Part shown: piece by piece, positions 18,724-28,317 of the stretch
How the letters are laid out: the number at the start of each line of letters is the position of its first letter
Position numbering within the stretch: position 1 is the stretch's first letter
Assembly: GCA_041690295.1 (NCBI GenBank)
Contig: JAWLHR010000010.1
Location: 1 to 64,000 of the forward strand
Length of the DNA: 64,000 bases
Reading direction: 5' to 3'
Source: Bdellovibrionales bacterium
Lineage (GTDB): Bacteria; Bdellovibrionota; Bdellovibrionia; Bdellovibrionales; UBA1609
Notes under the pieces: model-generated
Told to the model about the DNA's origin: nothing
Databases searched by the model: none
What the model saw: only the letters and a program-made list of their open reading frames with translations
Program-made: the position numbers and the translations under genes

Positions 18724-19539
18724 TTAAGGAAACGGAATCAGATAGGTGCCAAGCTGCACGACCCTGTCCGCCTCGGTTTCGTCCTGCACCCAGCCGATGA
18801 TTTCATCCTGAAACTGCCGGATTCGCCTTCGAAGTTCCGGTATCTTCGCGCTCTGTATGGGTATATTGAGTACACCCAGCTCTTGATCTGAGGGTGAGAG
18901 CTTTTCCAGATTCGCCGCCCAGGACTTCAGCGTGTCGGCGTGAAATTCTCTAAGAAGGGCCGCCTGCATGCGCTGATCATCGGTGTCAAGAACCGGGTCG
19001 ACGGGCTTAAGTCCCTCATCCGAGTTGGCGAGAAACCCGGTTCGGGTGAGAAGTTCAATGGCATTGGCGGCTTCCGTTGGCGAGATCAAACCGTCCAATT
19101 TTTCACTGATCCAGTCGGGATCGCTTTTCGCGTTTTTAAGTAAAAACAACTCGCGGACCAGGAGATAAAACCACCGCCCGAAAATTTCTTTCTGGGCGGC
19201 GGGGATATCCTTGCTCATCATTTTTTTTAGCGCCACCAAACGCTGGCGTTCGGCTTCGTTGATTTCCTGCTGGTTTCGGGCCCCGGCTTTTTTGACGAGG
19301 GCGACAAAATAATCCCGCTCACCGGCCGACATTTTTAATTTCGCTGAGATGAGAAGGGCGGTGTCCGGCGCGAGATTGCGCCGGCCATCGAGAATCATTT
19401 GCAGATAATTGGGGCTTTTGAATCCCACCAAATCAGCGAACCGGCGGAAGGAAAACCGCCGGTTCACTTTCTTTTTGGCTTCGAAATAAGCGCGCAGAAT
19501 CTCGCGATAGTCCGTCATACGGGCGATCGCTATTTCCAT
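18724..19539 (-). CDS. TIGR02147/DUF4423-type HTH protein
   Basis: DYREILRAYF..KK..NRRFSFRRFA..GFKSPNYL..ILDGRRNL, W.YLLVREL, FH and V.QL..YL.P motifs. Confidence 0.85.
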   Translation of the reverse strand: MEIAIARMTDYREILRAYFEAKKKVNRRFSFRRFADLVGFKSPNYLQMILDGRRNLAPDTALLISAKLKMSAGERDYFVALVKKAGARNQQEINEAERQRLVALKKMMSKDIPAAQKEIFGRWFYLLVRELFLLKNAKSDPDWISEKLDGLISPTEAANAIELLTRTGFLANSDEGLKPVDPVLDTDDQRMQAALLREFHADTLKSWAANLEKLSPSDQELGVLNIPIQSAKIPELRRRIRQFQDEIIGWVQDETEADRVVQLGTYLIPFP

Positions 19540-20027
19540 GAGCACACTCCTTCGAACAAGGTGAGATCATTCGCCATTTGCATGACATCGGCTTCCCGCT
19601 CGAGGGGGGCGGTAAAGATGGCACCCCGGCCGTCACCCCAACTCAGGATGTAGGTGATGGCGGTATCGGAGTCCTTCTTGAACGCTTCCACGCAAGGTTC
19701 CTTGTGGTTCAGACGTGTCCAACCATTCTCCTCGAACGTTTCTCGGAATTCGGCGCGATCGGTTCGGCCCACCCATTGGGGCTGTTCGTTTTCGAGCAGC
19801 ATGAATAGCACAAAAAACTCGCGAACCCTGCCGTGGCCGAACATTCGGGCCTGCATACGAACGCTGCCGTTCTCGAAAATTCTGACACTTGAGAAGTGGG
19901 CGGGTTTGGCGGTCTGAAATCCGATATCATCATTCGAAAGAGTTCCAGTTCCAACGCGGGAGACCGGCCAAGCCGGCGTCAGCCAAAAATGGCTGACGAC
20001 GAGGGTTACGAATATTTTTTTAATCAT
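19530..20027 (-). CDS. Secreted hypothetical protein
   Basis: Signal-like N-terminus; overlaps both neighbours. Confidence 0.65.
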   Translation of the reverse strand: MIKKIFVTLVVSHFWLTPAWPVSRVGTGTLSNDDIGFQTAKPAHFSSVRIFENGSVRMQARMFGHGRVREFFVLFMLLENEQPQWVGRTDRAEFRETFEENGWTRLNHKEPCVEAFKKDSDTAITYILSWGDGRGAIFTAPLEREADVMQMANDLTLFEGVCSWK

Positions 20028-20758
20028 GGCTGATCGATGATCTCGGTTAAAGCTTGGAAAAACTCGCCTTCGATGGGAGTACAGGTGATGTCTCCGCTTC
20101 CGTCATCGGTTGGTTCACATATGGATTCCAATCCATCCATGTTGACACCTTTGATGATCGAAGTCTGATTAAGGTCGCGGCTAATGGACACCGCGGATGC
20201 CGACTTGAAGGTTCCATTGGAATTGGCGCTCAAGAAGAGCCAGGAGACTTTCTGATCGACCCTCGGCTCATCCGGGAATATGCGTCCCTTGATGAGAGCG
20301 ATATCGCCGCCGACCCCAACGGTGGCCGGCGTACCGTTGATTGTTGTTTCACAATCGGTTGAGGGCAGAGGTCCGTTGATGGGGCCGACGGGCGCATCCC
20401 GAAGATCGTAAACCGGAACCATCAGTTGCACGAGACAGACTGGCTCATCCATCACTGAGTAGGATCCGTCATCATGCTGCTTGAAGACGACTTTAGTGAT
20501 ATTCGCCTTCACACGCGCATGACGGATCGGTTCATGTGGGGTGGGCAGGACGGGTTCGGAGCCGTTCTCAAACACCTGGCCCGTGTGCGGGAGCCGATGG
20601 TACGAACCGGACAAGATCGGTTGGCCGGCTTCCATCTTGAGCGAACGGAAAAATTGTTGAAATTCCGTTTTTGACATTTTTCTGGGTTTAGCACCTGTTC
20701 CCTCGGCGTGAGCGTACAAACCTAAGGCCAGAGACAAAATTAAAATCAATGTTTTCAT
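20024..20758 (-). CDS. Secreted hypothetical protein (4 Cys)
   Basis: Signal MKTLILILSLALGLYAHA; AAGGA RBS. Confidence 0.75.
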   Translation of the reverse strand: MKTLILILSLALGLYAHAEGTGAKPRKMSKTEFQQFFRSLKMEAGQPILSGSYHRLPHTGQVFENGSEPVLPTPHEPIRHARVKANITKVVFKQHDDGSYSVMDEPVCLVQLMVPVYDLRDAPVGPINGPLPSTDCETTINGTPATVGVGGDIALIKGRIFPDEPRVDQKVSWLFLSANSNGTFKSASAVSISRDLNQTSIIKGVNMDGLESICEPTDDGSGDITCTPIEGEFFQALTEIIDQP

Positions 20759-20916
20759 GGTGTTGTTCCTTTCTTCGTCTGTCTAAAAATTTTCAGTTTC
20801 CGCTGCAGCTGTTTAAAGGATCGGGTGGATGTGAGGGAACGTCAATGGGGCTTGTCTTCATTTTGAAGACTCGTTGTATTCAGTCCAGTTTCGCAGAGTT
20901 TCATTGAGACAACGTT

Positions 20917-22278
20917 TTACCGGCCGCGGTGTCGAGCGGCGGTGCGAGTTCGGGGCGGGCGCAAACGAGCGGAAGCCAATGGCCGAAACGCATGATCATA
21001 AACATAGCGGGCGATTCGGGCTCCGGCTCGAAGTCCTTCGGTTTTGTCGAACTCCCAGTGAATCCCGAGGTAAATTCGGCTTTGGCCGGCTTCCTCGGCG
21101 GCGGCACGAAAACTTTTGAAATGTCTGGGCGCCAGGGGGCGAACGCGTCCCATGGAATCCCGAGTCCGTCCATTGAGTTCGTCGGACACGAATGTAAATG
21201 GGATTTTGTCAGTCCCATAAAAGAGTTCCATCATGTGAAAGAACGCTCCCGCGAAGCTCGCGTGTCCCGAAGGGTAGGACGGAAAGTTCGGCGTGAAGTT
21301 TGGTCCCACGCGGTTGGAAAGAGGCGCGCCAAGCGGTGTCCAATTCGGATCCGCGAGGGCTCGAATCGCCACAATCGGACGCCAGTAAGCGTAAAAGTAT
21401 TTGGATTCCCAAGTTTGAATCGTGACATCGGCCATGGCCACATTGATGAGCGCGAACAACCTGGCGTTGGCGACAAAATCGTTTTTCATTTTTTGAGCGA
21501 TCACATGGGCGATCTGATTGAACATCCGCGACGGCGCGCCGATTCCCGGCGTTCCATCATAGGCCCAGTAAAGGCCGATCAATGTGTGCTCCGGAGAGCG
21601 TTGAGTGGGCGTGCTCGTGCCGTCTCCACCTAAACTCATCAATTCATGATAGGTCCGATGAAAGCGAGGGCTTTCCCGGCGTTCCGGTGGCGGTGATCTG
21701 AACATGACCGCACTGGGAATGGTGAAGGGTCTCACCTGACCCCAATTGGGATCGCCATAGCCTTGATCCGGATTGGTGGGATCAACGAGGTGAACTCCTG
21801 GGAGTGGGACCGGTCGGTAATCCGCCTTTATTTCGGAACCGTCTCCGCGCCGGAGCGAAAGAATCGCCTGACCCACGCTCGTGCCCAACGCCAGGCCAGC
21901 GGCCTTGGACGGCCCTTCCGGGATCGTGGCCATGTAGGCTTGAAAGAAGCGGACGATTTCATTTCTATGTTGAGGGTAAAGATCGGAAAGTGTGGTGTAG
22001 GCCGCGGCACTCACGGCCGCCGGGACGGAGGCTCCCGGAGCTTGTCCCGAGACCGCGTAGGGTGTGAAGCCGCCGACAATGGAGTTGACCGTGTCGAAGA
22101 TCGCGACGTGAACGATGGCGAACGCGCGCGAGGATTTCGCGGGGCCTTCTTGATCGGGATTTTGAAGGCTGTGATCAATGGCATTAATACTGAGGAGAAG
22201 TGAATTCCAGGCCAAGACCGGATCAGCGTGAACTTGCAAATGGGTGATGGCGAACACAACCAATAACCAGCTTCGCAA
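20917..22278 (-). CDS. Secreted vanadium-dependent haloperoxidase-like protein (PAP2 superfamily)
   Basis: KYFYAYWRP, PSYPSGHA and SRIYLGIHW motifs; signal peptide; GAGGAG RBS before the TTG start. Confidence 0.88.
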   Translation of the reverse strand: MRSWLLVVFAITHLQVHADPVLAWNSLLLSINAIDHSLQNPDQEGPAKSSRAFAIVHVAIFDTVNSIVGGFTPYAVSGQAPGASVPAAVSAAAYTTLSDLYPQHRNEIVRFFQAYMATIPEGPSKAAGLALGTSVGQAILSLRRGDGSEIKADYRPVPLPGVHLVDPTNPDQGYGDPNWGQVRPFTIPSAVMFRSPPPERRESPRFHRTYHELMSLGGDGTSTPTQRSPEHTLIGLYWAYDGTPGIGAPSRMFNQIAHVIAQKMKNDFVANARLFALINVAMADVTIQTWESKYFYAYWRPIVAIRALADPNWTPLGAPLSNRVGPNFTPNFPSYPSGHASFAGAFFHMMELFYGTDKIPFTFVSDELNGRTRDSMGRVRPLAPRHFKSFRAAAEEAGQSRIYLGIHWEFDKTEGLRAGARIARYVYDHAFRPLASARLRPPRTRTAARHRGR

Positions 22279-22404
22279 AACAACTCCTCAGCCTGCCCGC
22301 TTGAAGGGCAAAAGCAATGAGGTGCCGGCTAACACCTCGCTTCAAAGACTTCAAATTGATTTTGGAATTGTAAAAAGTAGCTGAATTTATGCGGGCCGAG
22401 CGTC

Positions 22405-22443
22405 CGACGAAGGCTCAAAGCCGATCGCCGGACGGCTTCGTCG
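22405..22443 (-). terminator. Hairpin immediately downstream of rpsD
   Basis: cgacgaag...cttcgtcg stem, with an alternative aagccg/cggctt stem; no clear U-tract. Confidence 0.3.
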
Positions 22444-22447
22444 ATTC

Positions 22448-23083
22448 TTAAGCCTTACGAGCGGCGTAGTACTCAGTGAACAAGCTCGCATCGAAAGCGA
22501 ACGGCACGTGCTCGGTGCCGGGGATCGCCTGAACAATGCCGACTTCAGAGTCGTTTTCCGTTTCTTTACGGAGATAGTCGGGCACTTCCAAACGGGGAGC
22601 TTTCACGGCTTGTAAATAAATCTGATTGTTACGACCTTTTTCGGTCAAAGCGATTTTCATTCCTTGACGGCAAACGAAAGAACCAACGGTCACTTTCTTG
22701 CCATCAACAGTGACATGGCCGTGGCTGACCATCTGACGGGCGGAACGGATGCTGGGCGCGAAACCCAAACGGAAAACCAAATTGTCCAAACGGCATTCCA
22801 AAAGACCCATCAGTTTGTTCACCCAGTTATGGGCTGAACCGCGCTTGGAGTTACGAATGAAGCGGCGTAATTGCTCTTCACGCAATCCATAGTGAGCGCG
22901 AATTTTTTGTTTTTCCTCAAGGCGAAGCGCATAGTCCGAATACTTGCGGCGCTTGTTGCCGTTTTCTCCCGGCGGATAAGGACGACGTTCCAGAGCTCCC
23001 GGTTTTCCGAGGCCGGGCAGTTCCGTACCTAAGCGACGTTGAATTTTAAAACGAGCGGCTTTACCGACTTTGGCCTTAGACAT
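22448..23083 (-). CDS. rpsD: 30S ribosomal protein S4
   Basis: PYPPG, SDYALRLEEKQK, LECRLDNLVFRLGFA and ARQMVSHGHV motifs. Confidence 0.95.
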   Translation of the reverse strand: MSKAKVGKAARFKIQRRLGTELPGLGKPGALERRPYPPGENGNKRRKYSDYALRLEEKQKIRAHYGLREEQLRRFIRNSKRGSAHNWVNKLMGLLECRLDNLVFRLGFAPSIRSARQMVSHGHVTVDGKKVTVGSFVCRQGMKIALTEKGRNNQIYLQAVKAPRLEVPDYLRKETENDSEVGIVQAIPGTEHVPFAFDASLFTEYYAARKA

Positions 23084-23144
23084 ATTGCGTTTAACCTCAA
23101 TTTCTTTAAAGAACTCGAAGTCATAGCAAGTGTCAAAAGCAACA

Positions 23145-25961
23145 TCAAGGCGTTTTCAATGATATGGGGCTCAATGAGCCAAGGCCGATGGCCATAAAGG
23201 TGGTAAATCCCCCGCCATAATCCTCATTTAACCCATAGTAGAGCCCCAAAGTCAGGGCCAGGGGAAGGTGGTAACCGGCGGTGGTGTTGAGGCGAAACTC
23301 GGTCCCCGTGCCTGAGTAAAATTCCCCCAGGCGGCTGCGCACATAGCCGCGCCGCGCAGGAACATAGCCGCCCCCATCCACAGCCACTGTGTCGAAGAAC
23401 AGAGCCATCTCAAAATCCCGTAAAAACAAGGGAAATGTGCCGAAGCCCCGCTCCAGGTCACGGGCCGGAAGAACCCATTCCAGGTTGCCGTTGACGAGCT
23501 TTCGGCCCACGAAATTGCCCGACGGATATCCCCTGAGGAGGAAGCTGGAATTGGCCAAATTCACCAGATAATTGCCTCCCACCGTGCGATCACCCAAGTC
23601 CACAGTGGCCCCCATGGGGAGATCGGGGCTGAGGGCCGCCCGGGTGGTCAGGCCCAGGCGGTGGCGGCCCATCGAGGTGACGACGGCCACGTGGGCATAA
23701 CTTCGCCCGTAGGCGAGATAGCCCTCCTGCTCCAGGAATTGCTGATGGTGAGCTTCAAGGTGCCAGCGCCAGACATCGCGATGGGGAGAATCCAAATTCG
23801 AGTAGCTTAAGCCCGCTTGGGGCCCCAATCGCCGATAGTCGGTCACGCTGCCTTCGGTGTCACTCCACAATCCGCCAAGCGTCCAATGGGAATACCGACT
23901 GCCCAGATTTCCGCCGAAATTTAAAAATGCATCCTGCGATTCAATCAAACGGCCGCTCGCGCCGAGGTAGGTGACGAACTGACTGTAGCCGGCGCCGATG
24001 GAGACGGGAAAAGAGCGGTTGAGAAAACCGCCGCCGTAGCTGAGTTTGTTGGTGATCGAATCATAGGAAAGACCCAGATCAAATTGATTACGGCCGATGG
24101 GATCGCGGGTGGAGGTGGTGCCTTGAACGATCAGTCCGCCCTCAGTGGGGTAAAACCAAGGGATCCAATACCGGGGCCACATGTAGGTGATGGGGTAAAA
24201 TCCCTTATCTTCGGTTTCCACCGACCGAACTTGCGATTTTGGCGCGGATTCAATCGCGGGTTTTTCGATCGTGGGCGGACGGGTGGTGGCGAGTGGAATG
24301 GCTTTCAGGCGTTTTCCATCGCCGGTGAGTTCCGAATAATAAATTTGGTTTGAGTGCGGATCGTAATCGGCGTCGTGAATTAAAGTCAGGGTGTTCGATA
24401 CCGGTGTGGCCTGATCGGCGCTCACTTTATAAACGTTTCTCACGCCGGTTCCCGCATCCGTCACAAGCAGGCCCGCGGGCGTGCGCCTTAAAGCTTGAGC
24501 TTGTTTCAATTGCCGGTTCCAAAGCGAAAGCTTTTTGGTTTGAAGATCGAAAACGTAAATTTTCTCCTCGCCGTTCACTCGCCCGCTGAACAAAACTTTA
24601 TCGTCCGATAAAAACTCCGGGCCGGAGATCCGGCGATCGACACTTCCATTGACGAGCCGCCGGATTTTTCTTGTGTTGAGATCCATGAGATTCAAATGGG
24701 TTTTGCCGGCGTTGTTTTGCACGAAAGCCAATTTTCGCCGATCCGGCGAGACGGCCGGATCCTGGGCCCGAAGCCCGCGGGTGAGGCGCTCATTTTTCCC
24801 ATTGCGAAGGTCATAGAGAAAAAGATCACGATAAGAGTGATAAGGTTCGCTCATGTCGGTTTGGTCATAAACAAACCGATCATCATCAAGCCAGGTGAAG
24901 CGCAAGGTGCCGACGGTTTTAAAAAGCCGAATGGGCTTTAGCTCCCTAAAAGATTGTTCGGGTTTTTCCCGGGTGCGAACGTACGCTGAACTTCCTTTAT
25001 CAACCAAACCGAGCGCGTACACCAGTCGGTTTCCGGAAGGGCTGATGGCGAACGCGCCGAGTTCGCCATCGCCATCGAGCACCGCGGTGGATTCCGGCGG
25101 ATTCGACCGGCGGATGGATTCCGATTGCTTTTCCGCCAAAGCCGCCACGCGATCGACGGATTGTTTTAAAAGTTCGGAAGCCGAGCCGCCCGCATGTTCG
25201 CGCATGGGCGCGTTTAACAAAAAGGGAAGCCGACGTGAGAAGCTTTGATTTAATTTGTAAATCGATTCGTCACCCTTTGTGCGATGGACATGATCCCACC
25301 ACCAGGCGCCGTAAAGATAAGGTTTGGCGCCAAAGGGAAATCGTCTGCCTTCCGCCTCATTGATCGTGGCGATGTCATCGGTCTTGAAGCGATCACTCAA
25401 CCAGAACGCGCGCGCCATGGCTTGCATGTCGGTGGACCGCAAGCGTCCATGGGATGAATAGCGTGTTTCCAAATCCACCGCCAGCCCTTCCAGATACCAT
25501 CGGGGAAGAACCGCGTTGGGTCTGACGACGCCACCGAAAATCCATTTGAAAGGCGTGTAAAAGCCATGGGCGGGATAAATATTCAGTATGTGGGCGTATT
25601 CATGCAGCATGAGTTCCAGCGGCCAATCACCATACTCGTCAATACTGTCAAAAGCGGTGGGTTGAACGGGATAGATCACGATATGCGGGTAGGGGAGAAA
25701 GTCCGCAAGCCCGTTCGTCCAATCCGTATCGTCCTGCAAAACGATGATGGTCCGTTTCGGTCCTTCCCTGAAAAGGGGGAACAAGAGATCATGGGCTTGC
25801 TCGGCCGCCAGGAGATAGCGCTTCGCCAGGTCCTTCTGCCCTTCCCGGTAAATCATTTCGAAATGGGGGCTGAGCAAAACCCGGTACTTCCACCGGGGAT
25901 CAATGGCTGAACTTTGCGTCGACGAAAATATAAGAGTGATGAGCAGAAACCACTTCTTCAT
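23145..25961 (-). CDS. Omp85/BamA-like protein with N-terminal HEXXH metallopeptidase and TolB-like beta-propeller
   Basis: Signal MKKWFLLITLIFSSTQSSA (ATGA-coupled to the upstream gene), HEYAH...EGLA, DPAVSPD repeats, LLRGY barrel-loop motif. Confidence 0.8.
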   Translation of the reverse strand: MKKWFLLITLIFSSTQSSAIDPRWKYRVLLSPHFEMIYREGQKDLAKRYLLAAEQAHDLLFPLFREGPKRTIIVLQDDTDWTNGLADFLPYPHIVIYPVQPTAFDSIDEYGDWPLELMLHEYAHILNIYPAHGFYTPFKWIFGGVVRPNAVLPRWYLEGLAVDLETRYSSHGRLRSTDMQAMARAFWLSDRFKTDDIATINEAEGRRFPFGAKPYLYGAWWWDHVHRTKGDESIYKLNQSFSRRLPFLLNAPMREHAGGSASELLKQSVDRVAALAEKQSESIRRSNPPESTAVLDGDGELGAFAISPSGNRLVYALGLVDKGSSAYVRTREKPEQSFRELKPIRLFKTVGTLRFTWLDDDRFVYDQTDMSEPYHSYRDLFLYDLRNGKNERLTRGLRAQDPAVSPDRRKLAFVQNNAGKTHLNLMDLNTRKIRRLVNGSVDRRISGPEFLSDDKVLFSGRVNGEEKIYVFDLQTKKLSLWNRQLKQAQALRRTPAGLLVTDAGTGVRNVYKVSADQATPVSNTLTLIHDADYDPHSNQIYYSELTGDGKRLKAIPLATTRPPTIEKPAIESAPKSQVRSVETEDKGFYPITYMWPRYWIPWFYPTEGGLIVQGTTSTRDPIGRNQFDLGLSYDSITNKLSYGGGFLNRSFPVSIGAGYSQFVTYLGASGRLIESQDAFLNFGGNLGSRYSHWTLGGLWSDTEGSVTDYRRLGPQAGLSYSNLDSPHRDVWRWHLEAHHQQFLEQEGYLAYGRSYAHVAVVTSMGRHRLGLTTRAALSPDLPMGATVDLGDRTVGGNYLVNLANSSFLLRGYPSGNFVGRKLVNGNLEWVLPARDLERGFGTFPLFLRDFEMALFFDTVAVDGGGYVPARRGYVRSRLGEFYSGTGTEFRLNTTAGYHLPLALTLGLYYGLNEDYGGGFTTFMAIGLGSLSPISLKTP

Positions 25962-27208
25962 CTGGATACCCGCTGTGTCCGTTGACTCACTGATAAGAAC
26001 CATCCGCCCGTGACGAAAAAGAAGGTGAGAACAAGAATGCCGAGCCTTGAACTGCCGGTCCACTGGCCCACCAACCCCACGAAGAGAGGTCCCAAGATCG
26101 ACGAAAATTTTCCGACCATGTTGAAGAATCCGAAGTACTGCGCGGATTCCTCGGGAGGCACCAAGCGTCCGTAAAAACTCCGGCTGAGGGATTGAATTCC
26201 GCCCTGAACGATGCCGATCATCGCCGCCAAAATAAAAAATTCCGTCGAGGAATCGAGAGAGTAGGCGAGAATGGTGACCGCCAAATAGGTGATCAGACAA
26301 ATCCAGATGCCGCGGACCGGGCCGATTTTATCTCCCAGATACCCGAAGGCGATCGCCGAAGGAAAACCAACGAACTGAACCATCAAAATGGCCTTGATGA
26401 GATCACCGGCTTCAAGGCCGATGGCCAACCCATAGTCGACGGCGAGTTTCACGATCGTGTTCACGCCATCGATATAAAAGAAATAACCGAGCAGGAAAAA
26501 TAGAAGGGCTTTTTCCTTGCGCGCGCTTAAGAGGTGCTCATGAAGAGACGAAAAGCCGCGCGAGATCGCTTTCAACCATGGTATTTTCCGGCTGGTCCTC
26601 ATCTCGGGGACGAATAGGAAGAGCGGCAGGGAAAAAACCAACCACCACACACCCACGGTGAAAAACGACGCTTTGATGCCGTTGGCGCCGTACTTGAAAT
26701 ACATCCAAACGTTAACCGCCAAGAGCAATCCGCCGCCAAGGTAACCGAGGCTGTAACCCAACGCCGAAACTTTATCCAACTCTTTGGGGTTGGTGATTTG
26801 AACCAACAAAGCATCGTAAAAGGTCAGCGCCGCGGTGAAACCGAAAACGCCCAAGGAATAAAGCCAGGCGGCTTGCAGCCATTCACCCTTATTGACAAAG
26901 GCGAGGCCCACACTGCTCAGCGCGCCGAGAAGGGTGAAGAATCCCAGAAGTTTTTTACGAAAGGAGCCTTCATCGGCGATCGCGCCGAAAACCGGTGAGG
27001 AGATGGCCAGTAAAAAACTGGCCAGAGAATTGGAGTAGGCGAGAATGGACGTGCTCTCGGTGGCGGAAAGATCACCGGCCCAATATTTTTTGAAGAACAA
27101 AGGGAAAAACGCCGCCATCACCGTCGTGGTGAAGGCGGAATTGGCCCAGTCGTAAAGAGCCCAACTTAAAATTCGCCGGCGCTTCTCTAACCTTTTTTTT
27201 GCCGGCAC
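25958..27208 (-). CDS. MFS transporter (ATG22/UMF1-like)
   Basis: WALYDWANSAF, GYSLGYLGG and QSLSRSFY motifs. Confidence 0.9.
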   Translation of the reverse strand: MPAKKRLEKRRRILSWALYDWANSAFTTTVMAAFFPLFFKKYWAGDLSATESTSILAYSNSLASFLLAISSPVFGAIADEGSFRKKLLGFFTLLGALSSVGLAFVNKGEWLQAAWLYSLGVFGFTAALTFYDALLVQITNPKELDKVSALGYSLGYLGGGLLLAVNVWMYFKYGANGIKASFFTVGVWWLVFSLPLFLFVPEMRTSRKIPWLKAISRGFSSLHEHLLSARKEKALLFFLLGYFFYIDGVNTIVKLAVDYGLAIGLEAGDLIKAILMVQFVGFPSAIAFGYLGDKIGPVRGIWICLITYLAVTILAYSLDSSTEFFILAAMIGIVQGGIQSLSRSFYGRLVPPEESAQYFGFFNMVGKFSSILGPLFVGLVGQWTGSSRLGILVLTFFFVTGGWFLSVSQRTQRVSR

Positions 27209-28293
27209 CAGTTCCTCCAGAAATCAATGGCCGTTTGTCGCGTTTCCGGTGGATCGCTGGTCTTGAATTTGGGGGCTTTGGGATTGTTCAATCGAAGCAC
27301 GATTCCGGCATCGTCGCGTAGGTCATCATCCGTCGATTCCTCGATGATTCGAGCCATGACACAAACCGTGGAAGCGGCGGGCTTGGACTTCAGCCGCTTG
27401 ATGGCCAGGCTTCGAATGGCTTTGCTTTCTTTCTCATCGAGCAGGAGCTTGTGATACATGATCCGCAGATTTTGCGACCAGACACCTTCAACTTGACTCA
27501 ATAGGGCCATTTTCTCATCAGGATCCTCGGTGGCCAGAATTTCGCGCGCGTTTTCCGCGTACCGGTCCTCGAGGACCGATGAGTCGAAATCCCGCCAAAA
27601 GCTCCAGTCATCCGAAGCGATCAGCCACTGGGCGCCGGGCTTTTTCAAAGCCCACATCACACTAGTGACCTTGTAAAATTCAAAAGTTTGGCCGCCGGAC
27701 TGAACAATCAGCTTGGGTTTGTCTTTGGCGATACCCGATTGAACGCGCAAGCGAATATCGAACCGGACCAGCGAGTCCTGGAACCGCCGGATGAAGTCCC
27801 AATCCATCATTTTTTCCGGATCTTCGCTTTCCCATTCCTCACCGCGCCGGCGAAGATCCAGGATTTTATTTCCCTGGCGGAACACCTGGAGCCGCGATTG
27901 AAGTTTGATCCCGTCACGCTTGTCACCGATCAGAAACTCGCGGTGGAGCGGAAAATAATAAAGACCGTCGCCGCTCACCATGGCGCACATTTTTCCGTCG
28001 GTGATCACGCCCTCGTCGACATAAACCATGCGGGTGCGGTTGCCATCTTTCACGGTCAACTCCGGTGAACCGCTCAGACTCGGACAGGTTTCCCCCAGGG
28101 TTTTTGATAAAAGCGGCAGCAACTCTTTGACGGAATTCATGTCCGCTTTCTTTCCAGCCACCGTGCCCCGGGAACCGCTGATCACGAGATCGAATTTATC
28201 AAGTTTGCTGATGAAGGTGATTTGACGTTGGGCTTCGGCGGCGTGAAACCAGAGCAGACCGAAAACCAGTAAGCAATACCAGGTGGATTTCAT
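27187..28293 (-). CDS. Secreted hypothetical protein with C-terminal HEAT-like helices
   Basis: Signal peptide; helical C-terminus ending in W..W. Confidence 0.65.
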   Translation of the reverse strand: MKSTWYCLLVFGLLWFHAAEAQRQITFISKLDKFDLVISGSRGTVAGKKADMNSVKELLPLLSKTLGETCPSLSGSPELTVKDGNRTRMVYVDEGVITDGKMCAMVSGDGLYYFPLHREFLIGDKRDGIKLQSRLQVFRQGNKILDLRRRGEEWESEDPEKMMDWDFIRRFQDSLVRFDIRLRVQSGIAKDKPKLIVQSGGQTFEFYKVTSVMWALKKPGAQWLIASDDWSFWRDFDSSVLEDRYAENAREILATEDPDEKMALLSQVEGVWSQNLRIMYHKLLLDEKESKAIRSLAIKRLKSKPAASTVCVMARIIEESTDDDLRDDAGIVLRLNNPKAPKFKTSDPPETRQTAIDFWRNWCRQKKG

Positions 28294-28317
28294 CAACGAT
28301 CCTCCCCCTATGAAATC

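Noticed and set aside
22313..22327. Sigma54 promoter for the haloperoxidase (CGGCACCTCATTGCT)
   Set aside because: The spacing is GG-N9-GC, one base short.
25962..26300. N-terminal extension of the 1051-aa ORF call
   Set aside because: It overlaps the MFS gene; the signal peptide and ATGA coupling indicate a start at 25961.
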